This document shows positions 1 through 10,617 of a DNA stretch of 64,000 nt, one piece after another (position 1 is the stretch's first letter; each line of letters begins with the position of its first letter). This DNA comes from Basidiobolus meristosporus CBS 931.73 (lineage: Eukaryota; Fungi; Basidiobolomycota). The stretch spans positions 141,584-205,583 of the forward strand of contig MCFE01000036.1 of the NCBI GenBank assembly GCA_002104905.1. Direction: 5' to 3'. Position numbers and translations under genes: made by a program. The notes under the pieces are model-generated. The model made no database searches. It saw only the letters and a list, made by a program, of their open reading frames with translations, and was not told the DNA's origin.

Positions 1-818
1 GTATTCTCTAGGATTTGAAGGTAATGATCTAACTAACTAGACTTGTTCCGTTGGATAATGCCACATTGAGCCATGAGTGCCAAATAGTGCCATAGTATGC
101 CTGAGAGTCATAGCAGACCTAAATGTGGCCACAGAGTGTGACATATAGTTATGCATGTTCATGCAAAGCAGCCCTTATGTTTCACCTACGGTGCAGGAGA
201 AAATCAATTTTTTAACCTTCTTTTTGGGATCAAAATTGCGCATGACATAAAAGAGCACAGACAGACTGAAGATATGCATCTGGTACATAATACCCATGGC
301 ACTCTAAATCTAGCCCCACAGGCTTGTAGCATGTCACAAAAATGCATGGCACTATCTTGGTCCACTGGTACTATCTGGCACTATAAGTGCTTTGTATAGG
401 TTCTACTTTAGGGCTAATATTTAAATATAGTGCCAGATAGTACCAGTGGACCAAGATAGTGCCATGCATTTTTGTGACATGCTACAAGCCTGTGGGGCTA
501 GATTTAGAGTGCCATGGGTATTATGTACCAGATGCATATCTTCAGTCTGTCTGTGCTCTTTTACATCATGCACAGTTTTGATCCCAAAAAAAAGGTTAAA
601 GAATTGATTTTCTCCCGCACCGTAGGTGAAACACAGGGGCTGCTTTGCATGAACATGCATAACTATATGTCACACTCTGTGGCCAAGTTTAGGTCTGCTA
701 TGACTCTCAGGCACACTATGGCACTATTTGGCACTCATGGCTCAATGTGGCACTATCCAACGGAACAAGTCTAATAAGTTAGGTGAATATTTAGGTGGAA
801 TTACAAACTCTTACAACA
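1..818 (-). repeat. 3' LTR of the copia element (partial, interrupted by the foldback at 37-774)
   Basis: Positions 1-36 and 775-818 match 6110-6190 of the other LTR with 2 substitutions and one 4-bp gap. The LTR begins TGTTGTAAGAG on the minus strand at 818. Confidence 0.95.
37..774. mobile_element. Non-coding foldback/MITE-like element: 349-bp inverted arms, 40-bp spacer, TAA target-site duplication
   Basis: 37-385 is the near-perfect reverse complement of 426-774. TAA flanks both sides (34-36, 775-777), and the intact LTR has a single TAA at this site. Confidence 0.93.
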
Positions 819-827
819 CTCCCACTC
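819..827 (-). other. Polypurine tract of the copia element
   Basis: The minus strand reads GAGTGGGAG immediately before the 3' LTR start TGTTG. Confidence 0.8.
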
Positions 828-1152
828 AGCAATATACTAATACTAACTAGTCCTAATTTTGGCCTAAGATATCCAAATTGTCTGTAGCTAATGGGTTGGT
901 AAATATGTCTGCAATCATCTCATCTGAAGGATATTAAAATAAGCTAACTAAGCTATTCTTTATTGATTCATGTTTGGAATGATGTCTAATATCTATGTGC
1001 TTAGTTCTAGCATGAAAAGTTGGATCTCTACCCAATTGTATACATCCTTGATTATCTTGAAATAAAGTAATAGGAGTTTTTTGAAATAGGCCTAAATCTG
1101 TAGAAAGCTTTCTTAACCACATTGCTTCTTTAGTAGCTTCACAGGCTGCCGT

Positions 1153-2223
1153 TGTGGTGGTGTATAGGTCCAAGGGAGAGATACGTCCAACACTTCTCAA
1201 GTGTTTTGTGTGTGGGGTGTTCACTGGGTGCGATAACCACTGGCAAAAGCTTGCTAGGAATACTTGGGTTCTGTTTCTAATCTAATGTGAAGGGGAATAA
1301 AGCCACAAGCTTGTCAAGGGAAAACTATTGAGCTACAATCCCCAACTTAGTTGGCGTCTTGACAAAAGTATGTGCTGGGTTCAGCGTCCTTTGAGATGAC
1401 AATGTACTAAAGCTTCCAAAGTCAAAACAACTGTAAACTCCACCAGCAGGGACTTGATAAGAATGCAGCTGTGGTCAATAGTTACAAAGACAGAAAAGTA
1501 TCTTTGCCTGTACAAGAACAAACTTGGGAAAGAATCAAATATAATAAAAGATACCTACTCTGAGTATTCCTCACAAGTAGTGCCTCCAAGGTCAGTTGGC
1601 TGTCAGCGCGGATTCCTGGGAGTGTCCTGTGGTCTAGGGTTGGAAGTTCAGGTAGCAGCAGGTAGCAGTGATCACACCAATCAACAAGTCGGTATATTGA
1701 TAAAAGGGATGATGATTTATTGTTGAGGGATAGCCTCCCTTATATGCTTTTCTCACTGGCGAAGTGATTACTAATCATGGTGTTCCAGAAGGTTCCGGAG
1801 ATCAATAGAAATCTTAATGACATCAGAATGACCTAAGAATGTTCTAAGTAGGTGCTGGAAGGTTCTAAGAGGCACAGCACATCCAACCAATCAGGAATCA
1901 GTATTCTGAAACCTGTGTAACATGGGAATACCATATATGGTATGGAAATGATAGGGATGGTGACATGGGCTGATCATGTGTCACGGGTACTGGCGCAGGT
2001 ACTTGCCTAATATAGAAGTACTTATAGCTAGTAATCTTACATAAAGTGAGGGGCAACTTATGCAATAAGGTAAGCAGGTGTGATAGTCAACCGGCTTATG
2101 GGATAGTACTGATTGGGTAAGACAAATGGGATAAAACTAAAATAAGTGTAGTAGTGATATAGGGAAGTAGAAAATAAGGGAATGAGCACATCTGTCAGTG
2201 GGTGTCACTGTCACCCCACTACA
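1153..2223. mobile_element. Solo LTR (1071 bp) of a different family inserted in the copia RNase H region
   Basis: Ends are TGTGGTGG...CCACTACA with a CCGT duplication at 1149-1152 and 2224-2227. Removing the insert restores ...SATEAEYT-AACEATKEAMWLRK, the conserved copia RNase H motif. Confidence 0.9.
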
Positions 2224-5200
2224 CCGTATACTCTGCCTCTGTGGCAGAAAGTGCTACAGTTGGTTGCTTTCTTGAGTTTCATGAAATTGCTCCTTTACAG
2301 TAAAGAAAGGTGTATTTTGTGGTGGATCTTGTGTCTTCCAAGTTTTGTCCCCAATCAGCATAAGAGTATCCCACAAGATCCTGTTCTGAATCCTTATAAG
2401 TATATCTTAAGCAGATATCAGCAGTTCCTTTTAGATGTCTAAAATCCACTTAACTGCTGCAACTTGATCAGATCCATAGTTCTGATTATGTTGGCTGACA
2501 GCTCCCACTGAATATGAGATACCTGGACATGTTCCAAGCATGATATACATCAGACTGCCAACAATAGATTGATAAGGAGAGTCAGGGCTCTCAGATGGCA
2601 CCAAGCTCTCTTGATTTTGTTGAGTTTTGACCAAGTTAAGGTTAGTCTCCATTGGGGTGGCTGCTGGTTTACAGTCTTCCATTTGATACTTCTTTAGTAT
2701 ATCTCAAATATACCAGGGTTGGCTTAGGGTGATAGTCTGGGTACTTCTGTCTACGGAGAACTTAATCCCTAAGTAGTAACTGAGTTCTCCTTGATTGGAC
2801 ATCTTGAACTTCTTAGATAGGCTGAATATGATCACTTCCAGTGTTGGTAGATTATTGGCAGCTATAATAAGAGCATCCACATATAGGGCTAATAGAGCTG
2901 GATTTGCTCTATCTGGCTTATAGTATATACTGCAGTCAGCATTACTCCTTTTGAAACTCAAAGATTCCAAATAAGAATCTATCTTGCAATTCCAGGCTCA
3001 TGGTGATTATTTGAGACCTTATAGTGACTTTTTAAGCTTGCAGACCAAACGGGGGTTATCTTGATCAGCAAACCCATCAGGCTGGTCCATATACATGACC
3101 TCATCATGTTCTCCATTCAAAGATGCAGTTTTTACATCCATTTGATGTATGAAAAACCTGTATTTGGCTGCAATAGCCAATATTAGTCTTATGGAATTAA
3201 ACCTGGCTACCAGTGCAAAGGTCTCAGTATAGTCAAGTCCTTTTGTTTGAAAGTATCCTTTGGCTACAAGTCTTGCTTTGTATCTTTCAATTGTACCATC
3301 AGCCTTGTATTTTGTTGTGAAGACCCATCTGCATCCAATTGATTTTGGTTGATTGGCAATTTGACTAAGTCCCAAATTTGATTTTCCATTGGGGCCTGAT
3401 ATTCCTCAGTCATTGCAGATCTCCAAAACTTTGTCTGAGGGCTATTTAGGGCCTCTTTTACAGTCTGGGGCTCATCAATATGAACTTAATAGGCATAGGC
3501 TAAGTTTGTACCCTCATTGGCTATTTCTTGTCTGATTAGATCTCCAGGCATTTGATACTGGAATGATCACTTCTGGGATATTCCTGGGCACTGTTTCAGG
3601 CTGGACCGTGGTTGTAGAGCTCTCTGGAGTGAAAATTCTCATTGTTTTGCTCTGATTCAATCCTGACAATTGGTGGACTTGAGCTCAAATTTTTGTCATC
3701 ATCTGATGTCATTTTTTGTTAAAATCTTGAATTTTGATCAAACAACACATCCCTGGACTTGTCAGCTTCTTTTCTTTGGTAATGTAGAGTCTGTGTGCCT
3801 TACTCTCAATGCAGTAGCCCAAAAATATGCATTTTACACTTTTTGGCTCAAATTTTGACCAATTTCCAGGCAGTTTCTTGGCATATAATGTATTCACCAA
3901 TATTCTTAGATGCTTTGCACTTAGTCTGTACCTATGCCATGCTTCAAATGGAGTAGAATCATTAAGTATTCCTTTATAACTCCTATTTTTAAGGTATACA
4001 GCAGTGGCAACTAATTCTGCCCAACAATTATAAGATAATTTTTGATCATGGATCATAGATCTTGCTGTATCAATTATTGATCTGTTAGCATGTTCTGCTA
4101 CTCCATTTTGCTGTGGGGAGTATGGTACAGTAGTCTCTTGCTTTATCCCATGAATTTTGCAGAAGTGGATGAAGAGTTTTGAGGTATATTTTCCACCATT
4201 GTCAAAGTGTATTTTCTTGATTTATTCACCAGTTTCTCTCTCCATCATGGCTTTAAACTCCCTGAGCTTAGACAGAGATTCTTTCTTTCTCTCCATGGAG
4301 TAGACCCACATATATCTTGCATAATCATCAATAAAAGTGATTCAATACTTCATCCCACCTAAGGATAAGTTTTGCATAGGTCCACACAGATCTGAGTGAA
4401 TTAGATCTAATTTTTTCTTGGTTTTGATTAACGCAGAGCTCTTGAACAGTTTTTGGGCTTGTTTCCCATATATGCAGGCTTCACAGTGCTCCAAATTAGC
4501 TGGCAGATCAATTTTTATTCCAGAAATTAGCTGATCTTTGATCATTTTGCACATATAATCAAAATGATGTGTCCAAATCTCCTGTGCCAAAGCATTGGTG
4601 TTTCTTCATTTAAATTACTTATATTGGCTTCCAGATATGATGGAATATAAGTTAACTTGTATAGATTTTGGTCTCTGATACCTGAAACAATATGGGCACC
4701 ATTTTGATCAGTGATCCTGCATCCAGATTTGTCAAAGCTGAAACTGAGTCCTTCTGCTGTGGCCTTACTTACAGATAGTAGGTTCTTGGCTATTTATAGT
4801 ACATAGAGTACTTCTTTGAAGGTCAATGTATGGCTTCCTTCACTGCTGCTAAGGTTTACTTGGATAGTTTCTTCTCCCACTGCATCAAGTGTTCTATTGT
4901 CATCCATGAAAACCTTCTTAATTGGAATTTCTTGAAATTGGGTAAAAAGTTCTTTTTGGTGTGTAAAGTGTTGACATGCTCCAGAGGCAATATACCACAT
5001 CTGAGAATCCTTTTTTGGGGTAATACTTCATGTAGATAGGAATAGTCTATCTTCAGTTGTTGCAGCATTTCCATATTCAGGCTTCTTTTGCTGATTATCT
5101 CTCTTTTTGAGACACTGGTCTGATGTGTGTCCTTTCCTTTTCAGTAGTTGCAAAACAAGTTGCTGTGGCCTTTGTATGGTCTTGGGTACCTCATTTGTTG

Positions 5201-5845
5201 GTTATCATTGCTTATTAAAGCATTTTTCTCTTCCTTGTTATTGGCACTGGATTTTCTCAATTCTTCATCCAGGAGCCTTCCATATACGTAATTTAAGGTC
5301 AAATCTTCAGTTCTGGACTCTAGGGCTGATACAAGGCCCTGAAACTTTTCTGTCAGGCTATCCAGGATGGTAACTATCACATCCTCATCAGTAGTTGGTA
5401 TGCCCACAGATTCCATCTCATCCACCAGCATGGTAATTCTGTTAATTAGATTTTTTTGTTTCTTCTCCTGGCAGCATCTTTGTGGTAAAGAATTTTGTCT
5501 CAGATACACTTTCTTAGCAGCTGAACATGACTGGTAGGTGTCTTCTAATGCCTTCCAGGAATTCTTTGCTGTTTTTGCTCTTGAGCATTGATTTAGCATT
5601 TTGTCTTTAACATTAAAGCAAATGCAGTTAAAGGCACTTTGTTCTTTCTTCTGGTACTTCAAGGCTTCCTCTCCCACTTCTTTAGGATGGCATTCTTCTC
5701 CCATGGCAATATCCCAAAGGCATCTTTCTTGAGCAGCATCTTCATCTTCACCTGCCACACTTGGTAGTTGGATCCATCCAACTTTTTGGCAGAGGGAAAA
5801 ATTCCTGTAATAGCAGTAGTAGACATTGCAGAGAGTGAGAGCTTG

Positions 5846-5857
5846 GGGCTCATAACC
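5846..5857 (-). other. Primer-binding site complementary to the anticodon arm of initiator tRNA-Met (half-tRNA type)
   Basis: The minus strand reads GGTTATGAGCCC directly after the 5' LTR end TACAACA. This is the complement of GGGCUCAUAACC in fungal tRNAiMet, as in Ty5 and copia. Confidence 0.85.
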
Positions 5858-6190
5858 TGTTGTAAGAGTCTTGGAGATATTGGAAGTGACTTGGGAGAAC
5901 AAGTAGATTGTGTGGCTTTCACTTAATGATTTATTGAATGTAAAAGTAGTATTTATACTTTTACATGGTCTTGGCATAAAAGACACCCAGACTAGATTAA
6001 GGAAGGTCCCAAGAGCATGTGTGCATAGCTTGGGGCTGCTTGGACAACTTATCTAATTTTCATGTTCTGGGTAAATATTCCAAGTAAATCTCAACAAGGA
6101 ATTTGGTCAGTATTCTCTAGGATTTGAAGGTAATGATCTAAGTGACTAAGCTAGGTGAATATTTAGGTGGAATTACAAATTCTTACAACA
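5858..6190 (-). repeat. 5' LTR of the copia element (333 bp)
   Basis: TGTTGTAAGA...TCTTACAACA inverted termini; homologous to 1-818, 57322-57654 and 58333-58625. Confidence 0.95.
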
Positions 6191-6766
6191 ATAGTCGTAC
6201 TTCTACTTTTAAATGGTCCTGACAAAACAAACACATTGAATGTGTTTGGGAAGGTCCCAAGAACATTAGATTTGGAGGCAACAATCCAAATGACTAGGTT
6301 AATGTTAGACCATGTCAGCTGGATTCTCCATCCCCCCTGCCAATTGCAATGATTGTCTTATAGATGAGAGGTACAAATCATGCTTGATGTTGGTATCTGA
6401 CACTCAAGTTACCCAAATATTTACATATGTACGTATCTACTACGTGACCGCCATGGCCTTCAATTGTTAGTGTCATTTGTATCCAATTGGCCCCCTACAA
6501 TAGGGATCTTGATGGCCCAGGCGGAACATGATCTGACGTGATAGCCAACCCATATTTAGTTAGCCGCTTGAAATTCATCGCTTTCGTTTGGAATGGTACA
6601 AGTATATAGGATGAGAGCTGCCAGCCGAAAGCTACTATTCTTATGCAGCACTTGCGGTGCATGTGAATGGGTGCATCCTTCGCTTAGCAGAAGATGTATG
6701 CCATGAGCAGTAGCGAATCCTTAATCTCAAGGTAACCGCTGCTGACGCTCAGGTACTTGCCAATGC

Positions 6767-7522
6767 TTAGCGTGTGGTATACCCACCATTGGCAAAGGTG
6801 GTCTGGCCAGTAATCCACCACCCCTCCGTAGCAAGGAACTTGATGAGCGGAGCAATGTCTTCGATCTTGGTCAACTCCCCGCTCATGCCATTAGCCTTGT
6901 GATAGGCAACTGCATCAGCACCCTCCATGGGATAGAAGAATGGCGTGTCCATAGGCCCCGGGGCAACATTGGTGACGGAGATTCCTCGACTACCAAACTC
7001 CTTGGCTGCAGCACGAGTGAAGTGCTCCACAGGTGCCTTGGCTCCAGCATAGGTGGAGTAGAGTCCAGTGAATGCGGCAAGGAGAGCTGTCACCACCGTG
7101 TTGATCTTGCCGCCTTGATTCAGTCGCTTCCCTGCCTCCTGAATGAAGAAGTAGGCGGACTTCGAGTTCACGGCAAACATCTCATCGTACTGCTCCTCAC
7201 TGGTGTCCACAATGGGCTTTTTGAGCACTTTGCCAACCGTGTTGATGGTGATATCCACGCCACCATACTTCTCGACGGCTGTATCGAATAGACGGGTCAC
7301 TTCCGAGACCTTGGTTAGATCGCCTTGGAAGCCGATGGCATCTCCTCCACTGTTCTTGATCGCTTCAATGGTCTTCTCGGCATCTTGCTGGGCACTCTGA
7401 CTGTGGTAGTGGACAACCACCTTCGCCCCCTGCGCCCCGAAATCTCTGCTGACCAGGCCACCTAGATTTTTAGCACCTCCAGTTACAACGATCACCTTGT
7501 TCCTGAGCGAGGAGCGAGACAT
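6767..7522 (-). CDS. Classical short-chain dehydrogenase/reductase, copy 1 (251 aa, intronless)
   Basis: TGGAKNLG Rossmann motif and YAGAK catalytic YxxxK. The start is placed at ATG 7522 by alignment with copy 2. Confidence 0.93.
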   Translation of the reverse strand: MSRSSLRNKVIVVTGGAKNLGGLVSRDFGAQGAKVVVHYHSQSAQQDAEKTIEAIKNSGGDAIGFQGDLTKVSEVTRLFDTAVEKYGGVDITINTVGKVLKKPIVDTSEEQYDEMFAVNSKSAYFFIQEAGKRLNQGGKINTVVTALLAAFTGLYSTYAGAKAPVEHFTRAAAKEFGSRGISVTNVAPGPMDTPFFYPMEGADAVAYHKANGMSGELTKIEDIAPLIKFLATEGWWITGQTTFANGGYTTR

Positions 7523-7934
7523 TCTTGATATACGGGCCTCACACTCAAGCAAATGCGCTTATACATCTTTCGGCGGGTATGTCGCTAGCCTTTGAAGCCT
7601 CCCTTCCGCAGTTCACCCACCTACAGGGAACCGACCTTCTCCCAGGGCATTTTCCATCCTTTCAGTTTGCTCGGGTGATTGGTGTGCGGCCTGTTGTCAT
7701 ATCGCTCCATTCGGGGTCTTCGCTGCCTGAACCAGATTCCAAGGTTTGCTGGACAAGGCTAGGGAAGTTTCTGCATGACCATTTGCCGCCACCGGCCTGA
7801 GCTAAATCCACTTCTGGTCGATAAGGACTCGCTGGTCCAAAACGTCGGGAGAAGCGTGGGTCGGTGCGTAATACAATGCGTCACGACTGAAGATCCTGAT
7901 ACATTGATCGGTTCATGCTGAGAATCCCGCCGCA

Positions 7935-8825
7935 ATGAACCATCCGTCACTGGAAACTTGGATTCACTCGTCTCTGTCAACGTATGCTCTGCTCGCCATG
8001 CCAGCTGCACGTGACCTTGCGGACGGGTATCGTTTTCTCTACCGTATATATGATGCGCCGGATGGCCTTGTCGTGAATACAAAGGGGCAAATCTCGCCGA
8101 AGGAGGCAGCTTGTATGGCAAAGTGTATGTCAGCCATGGGTACACTGCGTTTGCCAATACGCCTCCCATGGAATCCCCAAAGTGGGCGGAAATATGGAAC
8201 CCAAGCATTCCACCGTTTGATCCATTTAAGCTCACCTACCAAGCCAAGCCGTACAGCGGATTTCATCGGGATTTGGAGTGCCAAGGACAAGCGGCGACAT
8301 TGAAACACGTCGAATTACACCTACTTGGTTGGCCATAGGATTTAGGTCGTTTCATCCAGAAGACGGAGTGGTTCGGTTTACTCAAGCCAAATTACGATCC
8401 TCGACTCGTGGAAGATCTGGATTAGCAGGAGATCGGGATCATCTGGCTAATATATGTCACTCAATCCTGGCAAAAAGAACCACCACAATCAATCTCCAAC
8501 TATCTACAGGAAAGAACGATTTATTGAACAACCGATGTGGAGCCAGTGATGGGCCACTTGGGTAACATATCAATGGGCTCCTCCATGAATTTCCTATCCG
8601 TGAACGAAAGAGTCCGTACACAGCATGACCCATTCCCAATCAAGTAGCCAGAGCACCGAAGCCTGGAAAGATCTGACCACACAGGGGTCATACGAAGGCA
8701 TCGAAAACTGGTGGCACAGCCGAACACAGGTGATGCCGAGGTGCGACACTGGAATTGGATTCGCCAAGAACGATCCTAATCGGTATCCCCGCAAGCGCGT
8801 TCTCAGGAAACCAGCAACCGTATGA
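7935..8825 (+). pseudogene. Unidentified fragmented coding-like region divergent from SDR copy 1
   Basis: Protein-like stretches lie in different frames (WAEIWNPSIPPFDPFKLTYQAKPYSGF; DLGRFIQKTEWFGLLKPNYDPRLVEDL; YEGIENWWHSRTQVMPRC). I could not join them by clear introns and recognised no family. Confidence 0.25.
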
Positions 8826-8979
8826 CGGAAGTTAAATCTCCCTCCATAAGAGTGGTGTGGCAGAGGAGGGCACAGTCTCAAACGAGCCCGGTTTCTTTCG
8901 GATTTGGCTAAATTGGCCGCTCACTCGATCAGCTGCGTAATATAAATCTCCCAGTGGGCCACTTCGCCGTGAGCCTGAC

Positions 8980-10284
8980 ATGTTGAAGACCTCGCTAGGA
9001 CAACTGATAGTTCTATCCCTCACCTTTTGCTTCATCCAGGGCACCTACAACATCTACTATGGCTCGGGGACCCTGGGTGGCATAAACGTCTCCACCTCAG
9101 TTGGAAACAACGTGGCCCTGTACTCGACGTTCTCGATCGTCTCCGTCTTCGCCGGCAGTGCTCATAACGGCCTGGGGCCCCGGGTGTGCATCATCATCGG
9201 CGGGATCACCTACATGATCTACGTAGCCAGTCTTTGGTATTATCTTTATACGGGAAACACCTTCCTCTCCATTATCGGAGCGTCCATGGTGGGCTTTGGT
9301 GCCTCCCTGTCTTGGGGCGCTGCAAACACGATCCTTATGGCCTATCCTATGGAAAACCAGAAGGGCCGATTCTTCGGGATCTTCTGGATTCTCTTCAACC
9401 TTGGCTCTCTAATCGGGGGATTCCTCCCACTCATGCAGGTTGAGCTGAACTATGTTACCATTGGGTTTCTGTGCCTGATGCTGGTTGGAGTGTCTGTCGC
9501 GTGGCTTCTGGTCCCGCCGGCTCTGGTGATTCGAGAGAACTCGACGTACGTTTCGGATCCATGCAGGTTCAACCTCTTCGATGAGCTCTACCAGATCTAC
9601 AACTCCTTCCGGTGCCAGTACCTGCTGTTGCTGTTCCCCCTCTTCTTCTACTCGAACTTTTTCTACGCATACCGACTTGGCCATTTGATCCACGATAGCT
9701 TCACCGATCGCACGCACATGTTTAACACCGTTACCTACTGGGCGGCCCAGATGCTTGGCGCGTTTACCTTCGGCCAGTTCTTGGACTGCTCACTGATCAC
9801 CAGATCGAAGAGAGGGAATGTAGGCTTGATATTCGTTGGGGCCTTTAGCTCGCTGACTTGGATAGGCTGTTTGGTTTTAGAGCTAAATCGATCCCACGGC
9901 CTGACCGCGCCAACGGACCTGGTCGACAGTAACTACAGCTCAGCTCTAGTGCTGATGTTGCTGTGCGGGTTTGCCGATGCTATAGTCCAAAGCTACTGCT
10001 GTTGGATCCTCGGGGCCAAAACTAACAATGCAAGTATCTTGTCAAGATACGGGGGAATCTACAAGGCAGTGCAGAGCGCCGGCGCCGCAACAGCCTGGTT
10101 CATCTCCACCACCAGCATCCCCTCCTGGCTGGTTATCGTGATCAACTTCTCCCTGTTCTGCATTGCTCTGCTTCTCGCCTACTTCGTCGCGAGAGGCATT
10201 ACCAACACAAACTACCACCTGGTCCTCGGGTCACATGACGAGGACCTGATAGCCCCCATGAACACCCGGAAGTCACGCAACTAA
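8980..10284 (+). CDS. UNC-93-like MFS membrane protein (434 aa, intronless)
   Basis: About 12 hydrophobic segments. ALYSTFSIVSVFAGSAHNGLGPR, MAYPMENQKGRFFGIFW and YGGIYKAVQSAGAATAW fit the fungal UNC-93-like family. Confidence 0.8.
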   Translation: MLKTSLGQLIVLSLTFCFIQGTYNIYYGSGTLGGINVSTSVGNNVALYSTFSIVSVFAGSAHNGLGPRVCIIIGGITYMIYVASLWYYLYTGNTFLSIIGASMVGFGASLSWGAANTILMAYPMENQKGRFFGIFWILFNLGSLIGGFLPLMQVELNYVTIGFLCLMLVGVSVAWLLVPPALVIRENSTYVSDPCRFNLFDELYQIYNSFRCQYLLLLFPLFFYSNFFYAYRLGHLIHDSFTDRTHMFNTVTYWAAQMLGAFTFGQFLDCSLITRSKRGNVGLIFVGAFSSLTWIGCLVLELNRSHGLTAPTDLVDSNYSSALVLMLLCGFADAIVQSYCCWILGAKTNNASILSRYGGIYKAVQSAGAATAWFISTTSIPSWLVIVINFSLFCIALLLAYFVARGITNTNYHLVLGSHDEDLIAPMNTRKSRN

Positions 10285-10617
10285 AGCCGAAACCGCCTGG
10301 TCACACTTGATCCCATTCGGATTTCAACCACTGTGGATCAGCGCAGCCCAGACAGCCGACGGAGATTCCATTACTCATACTGCTGAACCCAGTACACCGA
10401 ACCATTGAGTATACGTTTGGCCGTGTGGGTGAAAATTAAGCCCACACGGCGAATCCCTTGATCCTGCCCCAATTCACATGTACCTCCAAGAGAATCGAAG
10501 CAAACCACACTGAAGTAATATAAAGTTTATAATGTTCCCGCACAGATATATCTCTTTCTTTTTCTCTCTCGCATGAAGTGTACACTACCATAGCATCATT
10601 CTAAGAACGAGGTGGAG

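Larger units (their letters stand above)
1..6190 (-). mobile_element. Degenerate Ty1/copia LTR retrotransposon (gag-PR-IN-RT-RH); 3' LTR truncated by the window start
   Basis: Minus-strand fragments occur in copia order. gag: KLDGSNYQVWQVKMKMLL from ATG 5826, plus a broken CCHC near 5110-5160. Protease: WYIASGACQHFT. Integrase: DLIHSDLCGPM and WAELVATAVYLKNRS. RT: GCRWVFTTKYKADGTIERYKARLVAKG. RNase H: FHARTKHIDIRHH. There are many stops and frameshifts, and matching LTRs at both ends. Confidence 0.97.

Noticed and set aside
151-660. Near-identical ORFs 151-399 (+) and 421-660 (-)
   Set aside because: They are mirror images produced by the foldback arms and have no recognisable domain.
5827-5986. 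gag ORF starting at 5986 or 5922
   Set aside because: These starts lie inside the LTR/PBS; copia gag similarity begins at ATG 5826.
819-6190. RIP as the cause of TE decay
   Set aside because: CpA/TpG are abundant and CpG is what is lost, which does not fit the RIP signature.
7523-7552. 10-aa N-terminal extension of SDR copy 1 in the ORF track
   Set aside because: It relies on a non-ATG start, and homology with copy 2 begins at ATG 7522.
6761-7560. SDR copy as a retroposed duplicate
   Set aside because: There is no poly(A) remnant, TSD or shared UTR at either copy.
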